Shown piece by piece: positions 1-12,650 of a stretch of DNA of 64,000 nucleotides. The stretch spans positions 65,347,936 to 65,411,935 of the forward strand of contig JARFYF010000001.1 of the NCBI GenBank assembly GCA_030265395.1. Direction: 5' to 3'. The DNA comes from Rhina ancylostomus. Lineage: Eukaryota. The notes below the pieces were generated by a model. The model made no database searches and was not told the origin of the DNA. It was given only the letters and a program-made list of their open reading frames with translations. The translations under genes were made by a program, and so were the position numbers. Positions within the stretch are counted from its first letter, which is position 1; each line of letters opens with the position of its first letter.

Positions 1-560
1 CTGGATTTATAAAATAACAGATAAATACTTCAGCATAGATGGGCTGAGACTTGGGCAAGATCAGCAGTTTATGGAGCTGGAAGTAATTGATCAAGATGGA
101 GAAGGCATGGGGTCAGAAGCTCAACTCTGAGTCAAATAGGACATTTAGATTGCCAATATTCTGATTCTGGTTCATTGATCAGTCAGTGCACTGGAAGAGG
201 ATGATGTGTTCAGCTATTCTAAGTCGAGAAGGAAGAGACCAGAGTCACAGAGATGTGTCACAGGAACTCTGATGATGATAGTTTCAGTCCTGTGATAGGG
301 ACAGAGATCTGATTGGCAAGGTTAAACTTTGGAGTTGCCACTAGATCACAATGCATTGGGAGGTAATAACACATTCGACAACCTGCTGAGGACTGGAAGG
401 CAGAAGCTGGCAAGAGAGGTGGTAGTGGGTCTGATAGACATAGTGATTTGTTGTGCTATTTGACCAATTCTTTCTTGTCTCAAGGTTCAACCTCATGGAA
501 GTTAATGAGGAGCTGGACTGAAATGGACAGTGGTGAGGGAAACACCTATTAATGGCTGGC
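1..560 (-). mobile_element. Decayed L2-like LINE RT fragment
   Basis: Resembles the antisense of L2-type RT (ggggtcagaagctcaactctgagtcaaataggac...; gtttcagtcctgtgataggg); no intact ORF. Confidence 0.5.
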
Positions 561-1481
561 CAGGACACAAGGTAAAATTTGCATCAGAATGCTTTTACTG
601 GATCTGGATCAAGCAACTTGGGAGTCCAGCCCCAGAAAAGACATTGGGGAAAATATACCCAATGCCAAAAATAAATTCCCTAAATCCTCATACTTTTGTC
701 CATTTCTCCTTTAATCCCCTATCCCTCCTGAACTGTCATTTCCAGACATTCACCATCCTATGTAAAATAGTTAACCTAAACTGTTAATGCATCTACCATC
801 CTATTCACTGATTCTGAACTTTGTGCCAGTCTTCAACGTAGTATCAGTGTTCATTCCTTAGATTTTGTATCTTTTAGTATTTTTCCCCTCACTTTCATGA
901 GAACACTTTCATAGATAACTTAGCCCCAGGAGCTGGTTATTAAGTACCTTAATCACCTGTTAATTTTCAGTACTCAAAGGAAGACTAAACTTTTAAACCT
1001 GTCCTTGATTTTTTATTTTCACCTTTGTCACTGTTCCAGGAGAATCCTTGCTGCAGAGATAATCCTGGCATATTTTAGTTTCAAAATGGTACTTAAAGCC
1101 CTTTCCTGATGTTCCTCCTCCCTCACTTCTGATAACAACTGAAAAGAAAAAAAAACAGAAAATGCCAGGAACACTCAGGGAATCAGGCAGCATCTGTGGA
1201 AAGAGTTGGTGTTTCAACTCAAAGCATCTCCATCATCACTGGAAAGGAGGGAAAACAAGCCCTTATCAAGCTGTGGGGTGGGGTGGGGTGGTGGGGGGGG
1301 GGGTTTGGGGAGGGNNNNNNNNNNNNNNNNNNNNNNNNNNNNNNNNNNNNNNNNNNNNNNNNNNNNNNNNNNNNNNNNNNNNNNNNNNNNNNNNNNNNNN
1401 NNNNNNNNNNNNNNAGGGATGGTAAGACAGTACTTCACTCATCTGCAATTTTTATCCATTTAATTATTAGTTTGCTTTTAA

Positions 1482-3160
1482 GACCATAAGACACAGGAGC
1501 AGAATCAGGCCATTTGGACCATCGAGTCTGCACCACTATTCAATCATGGCTGATTTATTTTTCCCTCGCAACCCCATCCTCCTGCCTTCTCCTCATAACC
1601 TTTGACACCCTTTCTAATCAAGAACCCATCAACCTCTCTTTTAAATATACCCAATGACTAGGCCTCCACAGCTGAATGTGGCAATGAATTCCACAGATTC
1701 ACCACTCTCTGGCTAAAGAAATTCTTCCTCATCTCTGTTCCAAAGGGACATCCTTCTATTCTGAGGCTGTGCCCTCTGGTCCTAGACTTTCCCACTACTG
1801 GAAGCATCCTCTCCACATACACGCTGTCCAGGCCTTTCAATTTTTGGTAGGTTTCAACGAGATCCCCCATCATCCTTCTAAACTCCAGTGAGTACAGGCC
1901 CAGAACTATCAAATGCTCCTCGTACGTTAAGCCTTTCATTCTGGGATCATTCTTGTGAACTCCTCTGAGCCCTCTCCAATGCTAGCACATCCTTCCTTAT
2001 TTATGGGGCCCAAAACTGCTCAAAATACTCTAAATGTGGTAGGACCAATGCCTTATAAATCCTCAGCAGTATATTCTTGCTTTTATATTCTAGTCCTCTT
2101 GAAATGAATGCTAACATTGCATTTGCCTTCCTTACTACTGACTCAACTTGCAAGTTAACTTTTAAGGAATCTTGCACTAGGACTCTCAAGCCCCTTTGCA
2201 CATCTGATTTCTGAATTCATTCCCAGTTTAGAAATAGTCTATGCCTTCATTCCTTCTACCGAAGTGCATGACTGTGCACTTCCCTACACTGTATTCCATC
2301 TGCCACTTCTTTGCCCATTCTCGCAACTTGTCCAATTCCTTCTGCAGACTTCCTGCTTCCTCAACACTTCCTGCCCCTCCACCTATCTTTATATCATCCG
2401 CAAATTTGGCTACAAAACCAGCAATTCCATCATTCAGATCATTAACATATAACATGAAAAGTAGCGGACCCAACACTAACTGCTGAGGAACACCACTAGT
2501 CACTGGCAGCCAATCAAAAAAGGTCCTCTTTATTCCCACTCTTTACCCTCTGCCAGGCAGCCAATCTTCTATCCATGCTAGTACCTTTCCTGTAATACCA
2601 TTGGCTTCTATCTTGTTTAGTAGCCTCATGTGCAGCACCTTGTCATAGGCCTTCTGAAAATCCAAGTAAACAACATCCACTGACTTTCCTTTGTCTATCC
2701 TGCCTGTTACTTCCTCAAAGAATCCCAACAGATTTGTCAGGCAAGATCTCCCCTTAAGGAAACCATGCTGACTTCAGCCTATTTCATCATGAGCTGCCAA
2801 GTACCCTGAAACCTCATCGGTAATAATGGACTCTAACATCTTACCAACCACTGAAGTCAGGCTAACTGGCCTATAATTTACAGTCTTTAGCCTCCCCTCC
2901 TTCTTAAAGAGTGGAATGTAACTTGCAATTTTCCAGTCCTCTGGGACCATTCCTGACTCTAGTGATACTTGAAAGATTGTAACCAATGCCTCCACAACCT
3001 CTTCTGCTACCTCTTTCAGAACCTGGGGTGTAGTCCATCTGGTCCAGACAACTTCTCTGTCTTCAAACCTTTCAGTTTCCCAAACACCTTAGTAATAGTG
3101 ATTACACTCACTTCTGCCCTGACTCTGTCAAATTTCTGGCATGTTGCTGGTGTCTTCCGC
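1482..3160 (-). mobile_element. 5'-truncated CR1 (HER1-like) LINE, relatively young
   Basis: Minus ORFs NYRPVSLTSVVGKMLESI, VDVVYLDFQKAYDKV, VTSGVPQQLVLGPLLF, KFADDIK, FFSQRVVNLWNSLP; typical 3' tail near 1485-1560. Confidence 0.93.
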
Positions 3161-3249
3161 AGTGATCCCTCTTACTAAAGTTCATAACCTGACACTTTCT
3201 ACATTGAGCTCCATTTACCAGTGTTCACCCAGTCACTCGACCTATCTAC

Positions 3250-3745
3250 CCAAGCTGTGTGTTCAAGCCCATTCCAGAAGCTTAAACATATAATCTTTGG
3301 TGGTGTTCTCAGTGTATTATTAAGGGAGTTGTGCATTGCTGGAGGAGCCATCTTACAGATAAATCATTATACTCTACACAACTTATTAGTTGGATGTGTA
3401 GATCTTACAACAATGTTTTAGAGAATAGCAGGGCCACTTAGAGAAATGGGTTGGTTAACATAGATGATTTGGAGGGGCAGATGGAACATCAGCCTTTTAC
3501 AATGAGAGGGCTTGAATACAGGCATAAGGGAACCTCATTGCAGTTCTTCCCATACTCCAAATTGTTTCTCTGTCTCACGAACACTTTCACAAAAAAACTA
3601 ACTCATCTTATTGCTGTTTGTGTGACCTTTGCTGTTATCATATTAGCTACCACATTTTGAGCATTGCATCAGAGACTGCACTTTAGAAGCGTATCATTGG
3701 GCAAGAGATTGTAAAATATGCTGTGGGATTGCAAGTGTCTTCTAC
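3250..3745 (+). mobile_element. Deu-domain SINE (SacSINE1/AmnSINE-like), interrupted by a short CR1 piece at ~3440-3540
   Basis: Deu-core-like text (agggagttgtgcattgctggaggagccatctt...; attgctgtttgtgtgacctttgctgt). Confidence 0.55.
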
Positions 3746-4112
3746 ACCTCGTCACAAGACAGAAGAACAGGAAGGTGGTTAGGAGGGGGAGGTGTGAAAT
3801 ATCACTCCTTCCAGCAAAGGAACCCTGCTGAGTGCTGGGTGGTCACAAACGGGATCCCCATCAAAGCTGGCTTAAACTATGAGCTGCCAGTTACAGGCTG
3901 TTGCAGAATGATTGGCGTGGAATTATGTCACACAACCACAAGTCACGTGCTGGCCCTCAGCTCATCAGGTAGAGAGAAACAAAATAAACGGCAGGAGGAA
4001 TGAAGTAAACAAAGATACAAAGACAATATACACAGAGGGAAGATTTATTTAAAAAAAAGTGGTTCAGCTTTTAAAGATGTTTCAACATGTTTTTCTATTT
4101 AATGTTGAACAG

Positions 4113-4267
4113 CCTGAAAGAGCAAGAGATTCCGCAGGAACGAGGCATTCTGCATGTCTGGACAGGATATGGTAGCTCTGGAATCCCAGAGTTGCTGCCT
4201 GGTTTTGGCAGCAAGGTTGTGTTGCAGGCTGCCCTGGGAACAGAACATGGACTGTTCCTGACCGAAG
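4113..4267 (+). CDS. ALS2: ALS2 exon (human exon 3 equivalent), start of RCC1-like domain
   Basis: aacag|C CTG AAA...ACC GAA G|gtgag; 155 nt; LKEQEIPQERGILHVWTGYGSSGIPELLPGFGSKVVLQAALGTEHGLFLTE. Confidence 0.93.
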
Positions 4268-4462
4268 GTGAGTGGGTTGAGCAGGACTCGCCCAACACAT
4301 AATAGTGGTGGGTTGTAAGATTTGCTCCAGAGTGGGTGTCTTGGGGAGGAGAACAGACATAACACTGTTACAAGGGCATAAGCTGGCAAAGGTGAACCAG
4401 GGTTGTCTAACTTCATCCACCTATTTGCTGGTCTACAAGATGGGATAGATAGAGTTGAGAGA

Positions 4463-4488
4463 TTGTGATGTGATGTGATGTGATGTGA
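4463..4488 (+). repeat. (TGTGA)n pentanucleotide microsatellite
   Basis: ttgtgatgtgatgtgatgtgatgtga. Confidence 0.85.
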
Positions 4489-5320
4489 CAAGACGACATG
4501 GTGGATAGCATGGGATCACTTTGCCAGAACTTGTTACATCTCCCCCTGCTGCCCCACCACCCACTCCCGAGTACGAGCTCAGAACTTTCAAAAGTGAATT
4601 CAGGAAGCAGCTTCTTGTACAACGAATAGTGGAAATCCAGAACTCCCTCTCTAAAGGTTTTGGGTTAATTGAATTTGAGTGCAATTCTTTAGATTGTTGG
4701 TGGATAAATTACAAAGGAAGTGAATCAAAAACTGAAGCTGATTTACAGATGATTGAATAGTGAAGACTCGAGGAACTCTTGCCCCTATGTTCTTGTTATC
4801 CACCTATTCCTTGGCCTCTCCAGACAAATAATAACTGCTGTCCCTGTTAAGCTGCAATCCCTCTCCTCAGTAATATGAACTGAACTCACACCTGGCATTA
4901 CCTCTTGACCATCTCTCAACTCCTCAATTGTTTGCATCTCAATAAATCCTGGAAGAAACAAAATTCCAATAGTTGCACATGAAGGAAACCAAATCCATTG
5001 TCTTAAGTCCCTGCTTAAGTCTCTCAACCCTCAACATTGATCCCATTTTTCACCAGAAGGCTCTGATGCAAATGGTGGTTGAAAGAAGGTGGTAAAGCAT
5101 GGTTCATTCTAAATGATCTGTTTGAAGATGAAAATAGAAGGTGGTAAATGAGAAAGGAAAAAATAGAAGGCTATGTTAGAACTGTGAGATACATTCCTTA
5201 ACCTCTCAAAACCTCCTTAAGACCAACCTCTCCAAATGAGTTTTCGGTCACCTGCCCTGAAATATCTGCTCATATAACAGGGTGGCTGGTCTTCCCAATG
5301 CCTCTATCAAAAGTCCTGGA

Positions 5321-5656
5321 TACAGCACAGTGGTGCAGTTGGTAGAGCTGCTTCCTCACAGCTCCAGCAATCCAGGTTCAATCCTGACTTCTGGTTCTCT
5401 TTGTGGAGTTTGCACATTCTCCCTGTGACTGTGTGGGTTTCCCCCGGTGCTCCGGATTCCTCCCACAGGCCAAAGATATGTGGGTCGGTTGGTTAATTGG
5501 TCACTGTAAATTGCTCCCAGTGTGTAGATGAGTGGTAAAATCTCAGGGGAGTTGATGGGAATGTGGGGAGGATAATATGGGATTAGTACAAATGGGTGCT
5601 GCATGGTTAGCGTGGATATTGTGGCCCAAAGGGTCTGTTTACATGCTGCATGACTT
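5321..5656 (+). mobile_element. HE1-type V-SINE (tRNA head, V-domain, CR1-derived tail)
   Basis: tggtgcagttggtagagctg...ggttcaatcc (A/B box), then ggagtttgcacattctccc...gggtttccccc V-core and gggtctgttt tail. Confidence 0.85.
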
Positions 5657-5659
5657 GGA

Positions 5660-5835
5660 GAACACTGCAGCTGCTAAAAATCTAGCACCCAGCAAATCGG
5701 GCAGCATCTGTGGAGAGAGAAACACTGAATTAACCTTGCTGAACTGGAAGATCATCACCCTGAAAAATTAACTGTTTCTATCTCCATAGAAGCAGACCAA
5801 CCTGCTGAACATTTCAAGCATTTCCTTTCTTTTTC
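5660..5835. mobile_element. Penelope-end-derived hairpin element
   Basis: gcagcatctgtggagagagaaac...gtttctatctccatagaagcag inverted arms; related half-copies at ~1150, ~36160, ~42910 and ~48490. Confidence 0.55.
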
Positions 5836-6089
5836 GTAATATACTTAGGAGCCACTTCTCTGTTCAAGGACAGCAGAACTTTAAAGTCCTCTTCTTCAAA
5901 TGGCAATTAATGCTTCATCAGATGTTAATTTTAAATCCGATATTGATAGACTTATGTATCCAAAGGTATTAAAGATGAGGGGCGTAGTGTCAGCCGTAAT
6001 GACGTTGAATGACAAAACAGGTTCAAGAGGTTTGGAATTATATTGGAATAATCAAGACAGGAAATGAAAAAGGATAGTTGATTTTCCAA

Positions 6090-6870
6090 CTATCCTTTTT
6101 CACTTCCTATCTTGGTTATTTCAATATAATTCAAGCCAGATGCCCATTTGGCACCTTCCACAAATGTAATCTCTTCCAAACCTGTGCATCCAAACTCACA
6201 TTGAATCTTGCTAATCAATACCTCTATACTCTCTGACCTACATGAACTCCTGGTTAAGCAACAATTCAAATTTAAGTTCAAAATTTTCTACTAGCTTCCT
6301 TCAATGCCCATGTTCCTCACTACCCCCACCAAACCCTAGGACCTTTTTACAGTAAAGCTCCATTAATCCAACTTGGTGGGAACTTCGGTGGTACCCAACT
6401 GGCAGATTTTCTGGACCTTTGGAAGTTATTCCTAATAATGCTCAAACACACTTTTAATTTACTTTTTAGTTTAAGATTTTACGCAATGGAATAGTACATT
6501 TTCTAGTGAACCCTGGAAGTTTTGAGTCAGTGTGGCAACCAGAGCTGCAGCATCAGAGGCTGATCCACTGGGATTTCTGAAAAGTCGGATGGCAAATTTA
6601 TCAGACTTTTAATTTATCTGCCCAACTCCCTTCAAATATAAACCCTGCATCCCATCCCCTAATTCCAGACCCTCGTTTTCTTTAGCCCGGCCTCTAGTGT
6701 ATCATTCTCCCATTGTTCTATCATTGCCTTTAGCCAAATGAGTACTGCACTCTGGAGTTTCTCCCTATCCACCTTTGCCTCCTTAAACGTCTTCAAACCC
6801 AACCTTCTAAACTCAGAATTTGTTACCCCTGCAATCATTTCCTTCTTTAGCTTTGCAGCTATTTACCTAG
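6090..6870 (+). mobile_element. L2-like LINE 3' fragment interrupted by a DNA transposon (6348-6610)
   Basis: Pyrimidine-rich L2-type 3' text (tttaagttcaaaattttcta...; tcattgcctttagcc...ttcaaacccaaccttct). Confidence 0.45.
6348..6610. mobile_element. Non-autonomous pogo/Tigger-like DNA transposon
   Basis: Starts TACAGTAAAGCTCCATTAATCC; shares internal ttttctagtgaacc and gggatttc blocks with the copy at ~35464. Confidence 0.5.
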
Positions 6871-6939
6871 AGCAGATTTTCTTCAAAATGCAGGTTATTT
6901 GGTTGAACAGATCGCTGAAATCTTTTTCTCCCGTTTCAG

Positions 6940-8238
6940 ATGGCGAAGTCTACAGTTTTGGATACTTCCCATGGAGACCGGACTGTGACACCAGAGAGTC
7001 AGCAGTCCCCATACTGGAGAAGACATTAGTCGGTTTGCACATGGTTAGCGTGGCAGCTGGAAGCTATCATAGTGGAGCAGTAACCAAGGATGGAGCTGTG
7101 TACATGTGGGGAGAGAACTCATCCTGTCAGTGTGCAGTCGAGAGTCAGAGACATGTTCCCACGCCCACTCTGGTCACAATTTCTGACCCTGAAACCAGCC
7201 CCCCCGAGCTGACCCAAATAGTGCAGTTGGCCTGCGGAGAGCACCATACGTTGGCCCTGTCATTGAGGCGGGAGGTCTGGGCCTGGGGGAGCGGCTGCCA
7301 GCTTGGACTCGTCACTGCAGCTTTCCCCGTGGCAAAGCCTCAGAAACTGGAGCACCTGGCTGGCCGAGTGGTGGTGCAGATCGCCTGCGGTGCCCACCAC
7401 AGCCTGGCACTTGTTCAAAGACCCTCACCACACGAGAAGAAGCAGAACTCTGAAAAATGCCACCACTGTCACCAGCTGCTGCTGACCATGACTGACAAAG
7501 AAGACCACGTGATTATATCGGACAGTCACTACTGCCCCCTAGGCGTAGTGCTGTCTGAATCAGATCCCAAACCCTCTCAACCAGATCTGGAAAACCACTA
7601 CCCTTCTCTCCCTCCCAATCACACAGCAGGACTACCTCAGACAGAGCAGCCTGAACACTCCCCCTCTGTTGCTGATCATGTGGAACTGGCACAAAATCCA
7701 GGCAAAACCGAGGAGGGCAGTACATCCAATTCACTACTGGAGCCCAATGGAGCCCTGAGTAACCCAAAACCTAGGAGCTCTCAGTACCCCGATGAAAAGG
7801 CTGTAAAGGAGTACCTCAGAAAATTGTCGGACATTTCCCAGCAGGACGACCCTGTGAAAGGCATGCACCTTCCATGCCCGCAGCCCTTGCCTTCATTGGA
7901 GGATGCTTGTCCCACCAGTCCTACAACCACAGCTCCGTCGACATTTAATAATCTGATGGTCTCCTGCGCCTCAGTGGTCGGGGAGAGAGTAGCAGCCACT
8001 TATGAAGCCCTCTCCCTCAGAAAAGTCGTGAACTACTACTACCAGTCTCCCAGTCTGCCAGAAAGCAGTGGCAGCAGCACAGCAAGTGGTGGAACCCAGC
8101 ACAAGGAGACAAGGGAGGAAAGGATGAAAATTGAAGAAAGCATGCCCGATAAGAAGAGCTTCAGCCTGGGAGATATCCGAGAGCAAGGGTCAGAGGGCAT
8201 GTGCCGTCGCTTGTCTCTGCCAGGACTTCTATCTCAAG
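6940..8238 (+). CDS. ALS2: ALS2 large exon (human exons 4+5 equivalent), RCC1 repeats plus linker
   Basis: tttcag|AT GGC GAA GTC...TCT CAA G|gtgcac; 1299 nt, open throughout; DGEVYSFG...RRLSLPGLLSQ. Confidence 0.95.
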
Positions 8239-9189
8239 GTGCACACAATTGCAAGTAAAAATATGGTTCAGTCAGGTCGAGTACTGTTTCTAGAGAGTCA
8301 TTAAGGACCAGATGAAACAGGAGTGACAACATTCAGCAGAGGCAGGTGTAGACTATAGAGATCTTGGGTTAACAGATCAATTGTTCACCTGTCATTTTAG
8401 TCTCTCACTGACCCATCTGTTGTACATTTCAGTTTCACTCTGCCCCATGTGTTCTGAATGTCATCTCATATTTCTTTGCAATCTGTGGAATAAGGGACAC
8501 TGGTGGTAGGTTAGCTCCAGACATTTATGCTTTTCATTTTGATGGGTTATTGTTTTATAATGAAACCATTATTTTATGCCTGACATGAATATATATATAA
8601 TATCTGATGTGCATTATCTACAGTAATTGTTGGGTTCACAATGTATCGTGAATCCATTTCCTTTCAACTGGCTACCCACAGTTCCCCAAATTCACTGCCT
8701 GCTTCCTGCTTAAATGCTCTCTTCTTTGTGCAGGTTATTCTTTATTCTTTCCAGAGCCCTGTGTGTACAGCCCTTATGTGATGGGCTTCCACATCACTCA
8801 AGATGTGACAGGAATTGGGTGTAGGAATAATTACAAGCCCTCAACTAAAGTTTGATATAGTGTCTCAATGCCTGCCTCGTGATGGTATATGTTGCTTGTT
8901 CTGCACTCGTCAGATTCAGGGTTGGATATTACAGATGCTAAAGGCCATCCATAGAAATCCTAAAGCTCGGTCTCTCCAGTATTCATAACATTTTTGGCTC
9001 CATTGTTCTATCAGAATGTCTGACCCATGTGTTGGTCAGTCCTTTTGTGAAGACTATCTTGACACATCTCAACTTGCCTTTTACTGGTACTCTCATGGTT
9101 TAATTCAAAGCAGTTTTTCCCCCCGGATTTATCATTTATATGCCTCTTCCTTCTTTCACGTTACCCACTGCTTCTCATGGAGGTGAATG

Positions 9190-11610
9190 TATCCCTAAAG
9201 ACTCCAGTCAGAGCCAAGATCACTCTGAATGGCTCAGCAGCAAAAGATGGGAGGAGGACAAAGGGTACAGGGACAACAGTGATGCAACAGTGAGGAGAAT
9301 AGACAGGCACTTCTGTGGCCATGGAAGTGACTCTGCAACAGGCTGTTACCTCCATAACCAGGATCAAGCATGTCAAAGAATAGTTGCAGAGCATTCTAGA
9401 AGGAGAGGGGGAAAACAACTGGAGATAGTGGTTCATGTTGGTATTAATGTCATGGGAACAAAAACAGGTAAGGTCGTGAAACTTAGAAGGGGCTAAGTTC
9501 CATTAAAGGGCACATTAAAGAGCACTCTTGTTGTAATCGCTGTGGAAAGTCCAAACAGCTAACAGGAATTGGAGAATAGGTCAGATGAATGTGTGGCTAA
9601 AGAGATAGTGTGGTGGTGGTGGTGGCAGTGGTGAGGATTTAGATGTCTGGATCACTGGGACTGTTTCTGGGGAAGGAGGGACCTATACAAGCTGGATATG
9701 ACAGTGAAATTAATTTGGCACAGTAGATGCACAGTTGGGGGTAGAGGGTTTACAGTCAAATATAGGAGGAAAACTAAGTTAGTCCAAGACAGGATGTCTA
9801 ACTTGCATTGATTTTAATGCAAGGAGTGTACTAATAAGACAGATGAACTGGGAACATTGATTAGCACATGGGAATGGGAATACAATATTTGATGCTTTCA
9901 CAGAGACATGGTTGAAAGAAGGGCAGTACTGGAGCTCAACAAAACAAAGTACAGAATCTTCAGGTGTGCTGCGGGGGATAAAAAAAGAGAAGTCTGTTAC
10001 TACAGAAAAACGGGAGGTTATTCTTGAAATTTCTTCAAATAAGGCCATGGAGGTAGAAACAAAAAGGATGTAGTCACTTTGCAGGGTATGTATTACAGGT
10101 CTCCTGACAGTCAGCAGGAAGTAGAGGAGTAGGTATGCAGGCAAATCATAGGAGGTGCAAGACTAATAGTGGTACATTAATAGGCAATTTCATCTTGCCC
10201 ATTTTAGTGAGAAAGGCATGGTGGGGATGGGATTTTTAAATTTGTGTCCAGGAGAAATTTTTAAGCCAGTATATTGATAGTTCTGGACCTTATTTTTGGG
10301 AATGTAATCAGGCAAGTGATTGTAATCTTTTGGAGATATTGACCATAACTTAAGTTTCAAGGTAGTAATGGAAAAGGACAGGAAATTAAGGTCTTGAAGT
10401 GGGGAAAGACAGATTTCAATATTAAATGACAGGACCTGGCAAAAATAGATTGGAAGCAGGTAAGTTTGCATCCAAGAAGTGGCAGTTATTTAAAAATGAA
10501 ATAATGAGAGTTCAGTGCCAATGTGTTCCCATAAGAGCAAGGACCCTGGATTTTAAAGGACATCAAGAATGTAGAAAGTATATGGGGTAATTAAAGAAAT
10601 TGGGAGGGCAATAGGGGCACAAAATCATGAGCAGACAAAATTAAGGAAAATCAAGGCATTATAAACATTTTAAGAGCAAGAAGGTACCCAGGGAAATAGC
10701 AGGGCCCATTACAGACATGGGCAAGCTATATGTGGAGCCAGAATATTTAGACAAGGACATTGTAGTTGGAGAATTCAGGAGGGGGAAATGGTGAAATTCT
10801 AGAACAAGTTATCATTAAAGAGGCAGAATTAGGTGTCGTAATGGGCTTAACCATAGAACCATAAAACAGGCCCTTCAGCCCACCATGTTGTACCGACCTC
10901 TAAACCATGCCTAAGACTATGTAACCCCTTCCTCCCACATATCCCTCCATCTTAAATTCCACCATATGCTTATCTAACTTATCTACTCCCCTAAGGAATA
11001 AGTCCCCAAGGCTGCATGAAATGTAAACCAGTATGCTTTAGGGGTCAAGGGAGGATATCGCTTTGGCTCCAACACATTTTTACATCTTCACATGACTGGA
11101 GGATAGCAAACCTGGTACCCTTGTACAAGGAGGACAGCAGGGATAAGCCAGGAAAGTGCAGAGGAGATGTTGCCTGGCCTGGAGCATTTCAATTCTGAGA
11201 GGAGACTGCATTGGTGTATCTTGGAGTAGAGGAAACTGAAGGGGGCTCGATTTAAGTGTATGAAATTATGAGGGGCATAGGTAGAGTAAATAGTGAGAAG
11301 CTTTTCCCCATAGCAGAGGCGTCTAAGACTAGAGGGTATAGGTTTAAGGGTAAGGAGGTTTATAGCAGATTGAAAGATTCCACCCTCCCCCCCACCCCAG
11401 AGAGTGGTTAGAATCTGGAATGCAGCACCTGAAGGTTTGATGGAGGCAGAAACTCTCATAATACTTAAGAAATACCGAGACAAGTACTTGAATTGGCCAG
11501 ACATAGAAGGCTCCGGGCCAGGTGCTGGAAAATGGGATTAGTGTAGTTGGCTACTGTCAGTCTGGACATGGTGATCCAAAGGGCCTGTTTCTGTGCTGTA
11601 TGACTGACCA
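9190..11610 (+). mobile_element. Decayed, internally deleted CR1 LINE (ORF1 esterase, endonuclease, RT/3' end)
   Basis: VRRIDRHFCG...LEIVVHVGIN (CR1 ORF1 SGNH-like), acagagacatggttg (ETW), HDWRIANLVPLYK, 3' tail gggcctgtttctgtgctgtatgact. Confidence 0.85.
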
Positions 11611-12650
11611 TAAGTGAGATCACTGCCACAGATCCTCATTCTTCACTACTTTTGGTCACACATATAATTATTTTCCAACTCCTGCTGTCTCACAGCTTTC
11701 TAGGCCATATCACTCCATCTCATTATTGTTGCTGTATTCTGAATGAGTTGAACTGATGCTCCAGAGACCTTGCACCTTCCATCCTGCATTCGTAAGCTCA
11801 TCCAAAACTTGTATCCTGTCTTGTAGCAGGGTCTTGTCATCCTGGTCTTGTTGACCAATGATAATTCTTAAAACATCCAGTGACTTACTTTTAAAATATC
11901 TCTGTCCAGCACCATAACTGCCTCGAAACTCTTTCACATAATCGGTGTTGTGAAGGACAGGTGGATCATGCCTTTGCTCATGAAAACTTGGAGGAGCTTT
12001 AACTTCAGCCACCGGTCTTTTTGCAAACTCTTGTCCCATAGGTGATGGTTACATCTCTCTGGCTGTCTTGTCCTTGTGATCTGGAGTTAACCTCCTTAAA
12101 TCCATCCCTTTCCCATCTCATTTATAACCTCTTTCTTTGAACATACATTGATGACCAGTTTGTACCCATGAAGCACATCGCCATTTTTTCCTNNNNNNNN
12201 NNCAGAATAAAACTCTGCCATGATGTGACACTGGTTGGCAACGTGAGTCAGCTCCATTGATGGACAGTCAATGTGTGAAGGGAAGAATGATCATGTTGGG
12301 TTGGTGAGTAAGGGACATTGCAAGGATGGGATGGGGAAAAAAAACAGGTTTACTGTTTATCTAGCAGGTACTATACAATGAACTACCCTCAGCCTTTTAG
12401 GATATGTGTACTGCCACATACAATATGAGTGGATGAAGTATTTCAGAGACTGCATAATTCACTGGTGTATTTACCTAGACATTGAATTGAGAAAGAAACA
12501 CTCCAGGTACTAGAGATAGAAGTTGGACTATGGGAATTAAATTAAGCAAAATTTCTGGTTTCGAGTCACAAATATACATGGGTAATATTGGGATTGCCTG
12601 GTAGTGAACACTACTCCATTTGTTTGCTTGATTATGTCTTCTCCTTTCAG

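Noticed and set aside
5321-5400. tRNA-like A/B boxes (also at ~41400 and ~47060)
   Set aside because: These are SINE heads followed by V-domain cores, not tRNA genes.
6738-6939. N-terminal 67 aa of the 506-aa ORF (MSTALWSF...)
   Set aside because: Intronic read-through over an L2-like remnant. Alsin similarity starts at the acceptor at 6940, in phase with the upstream exon.
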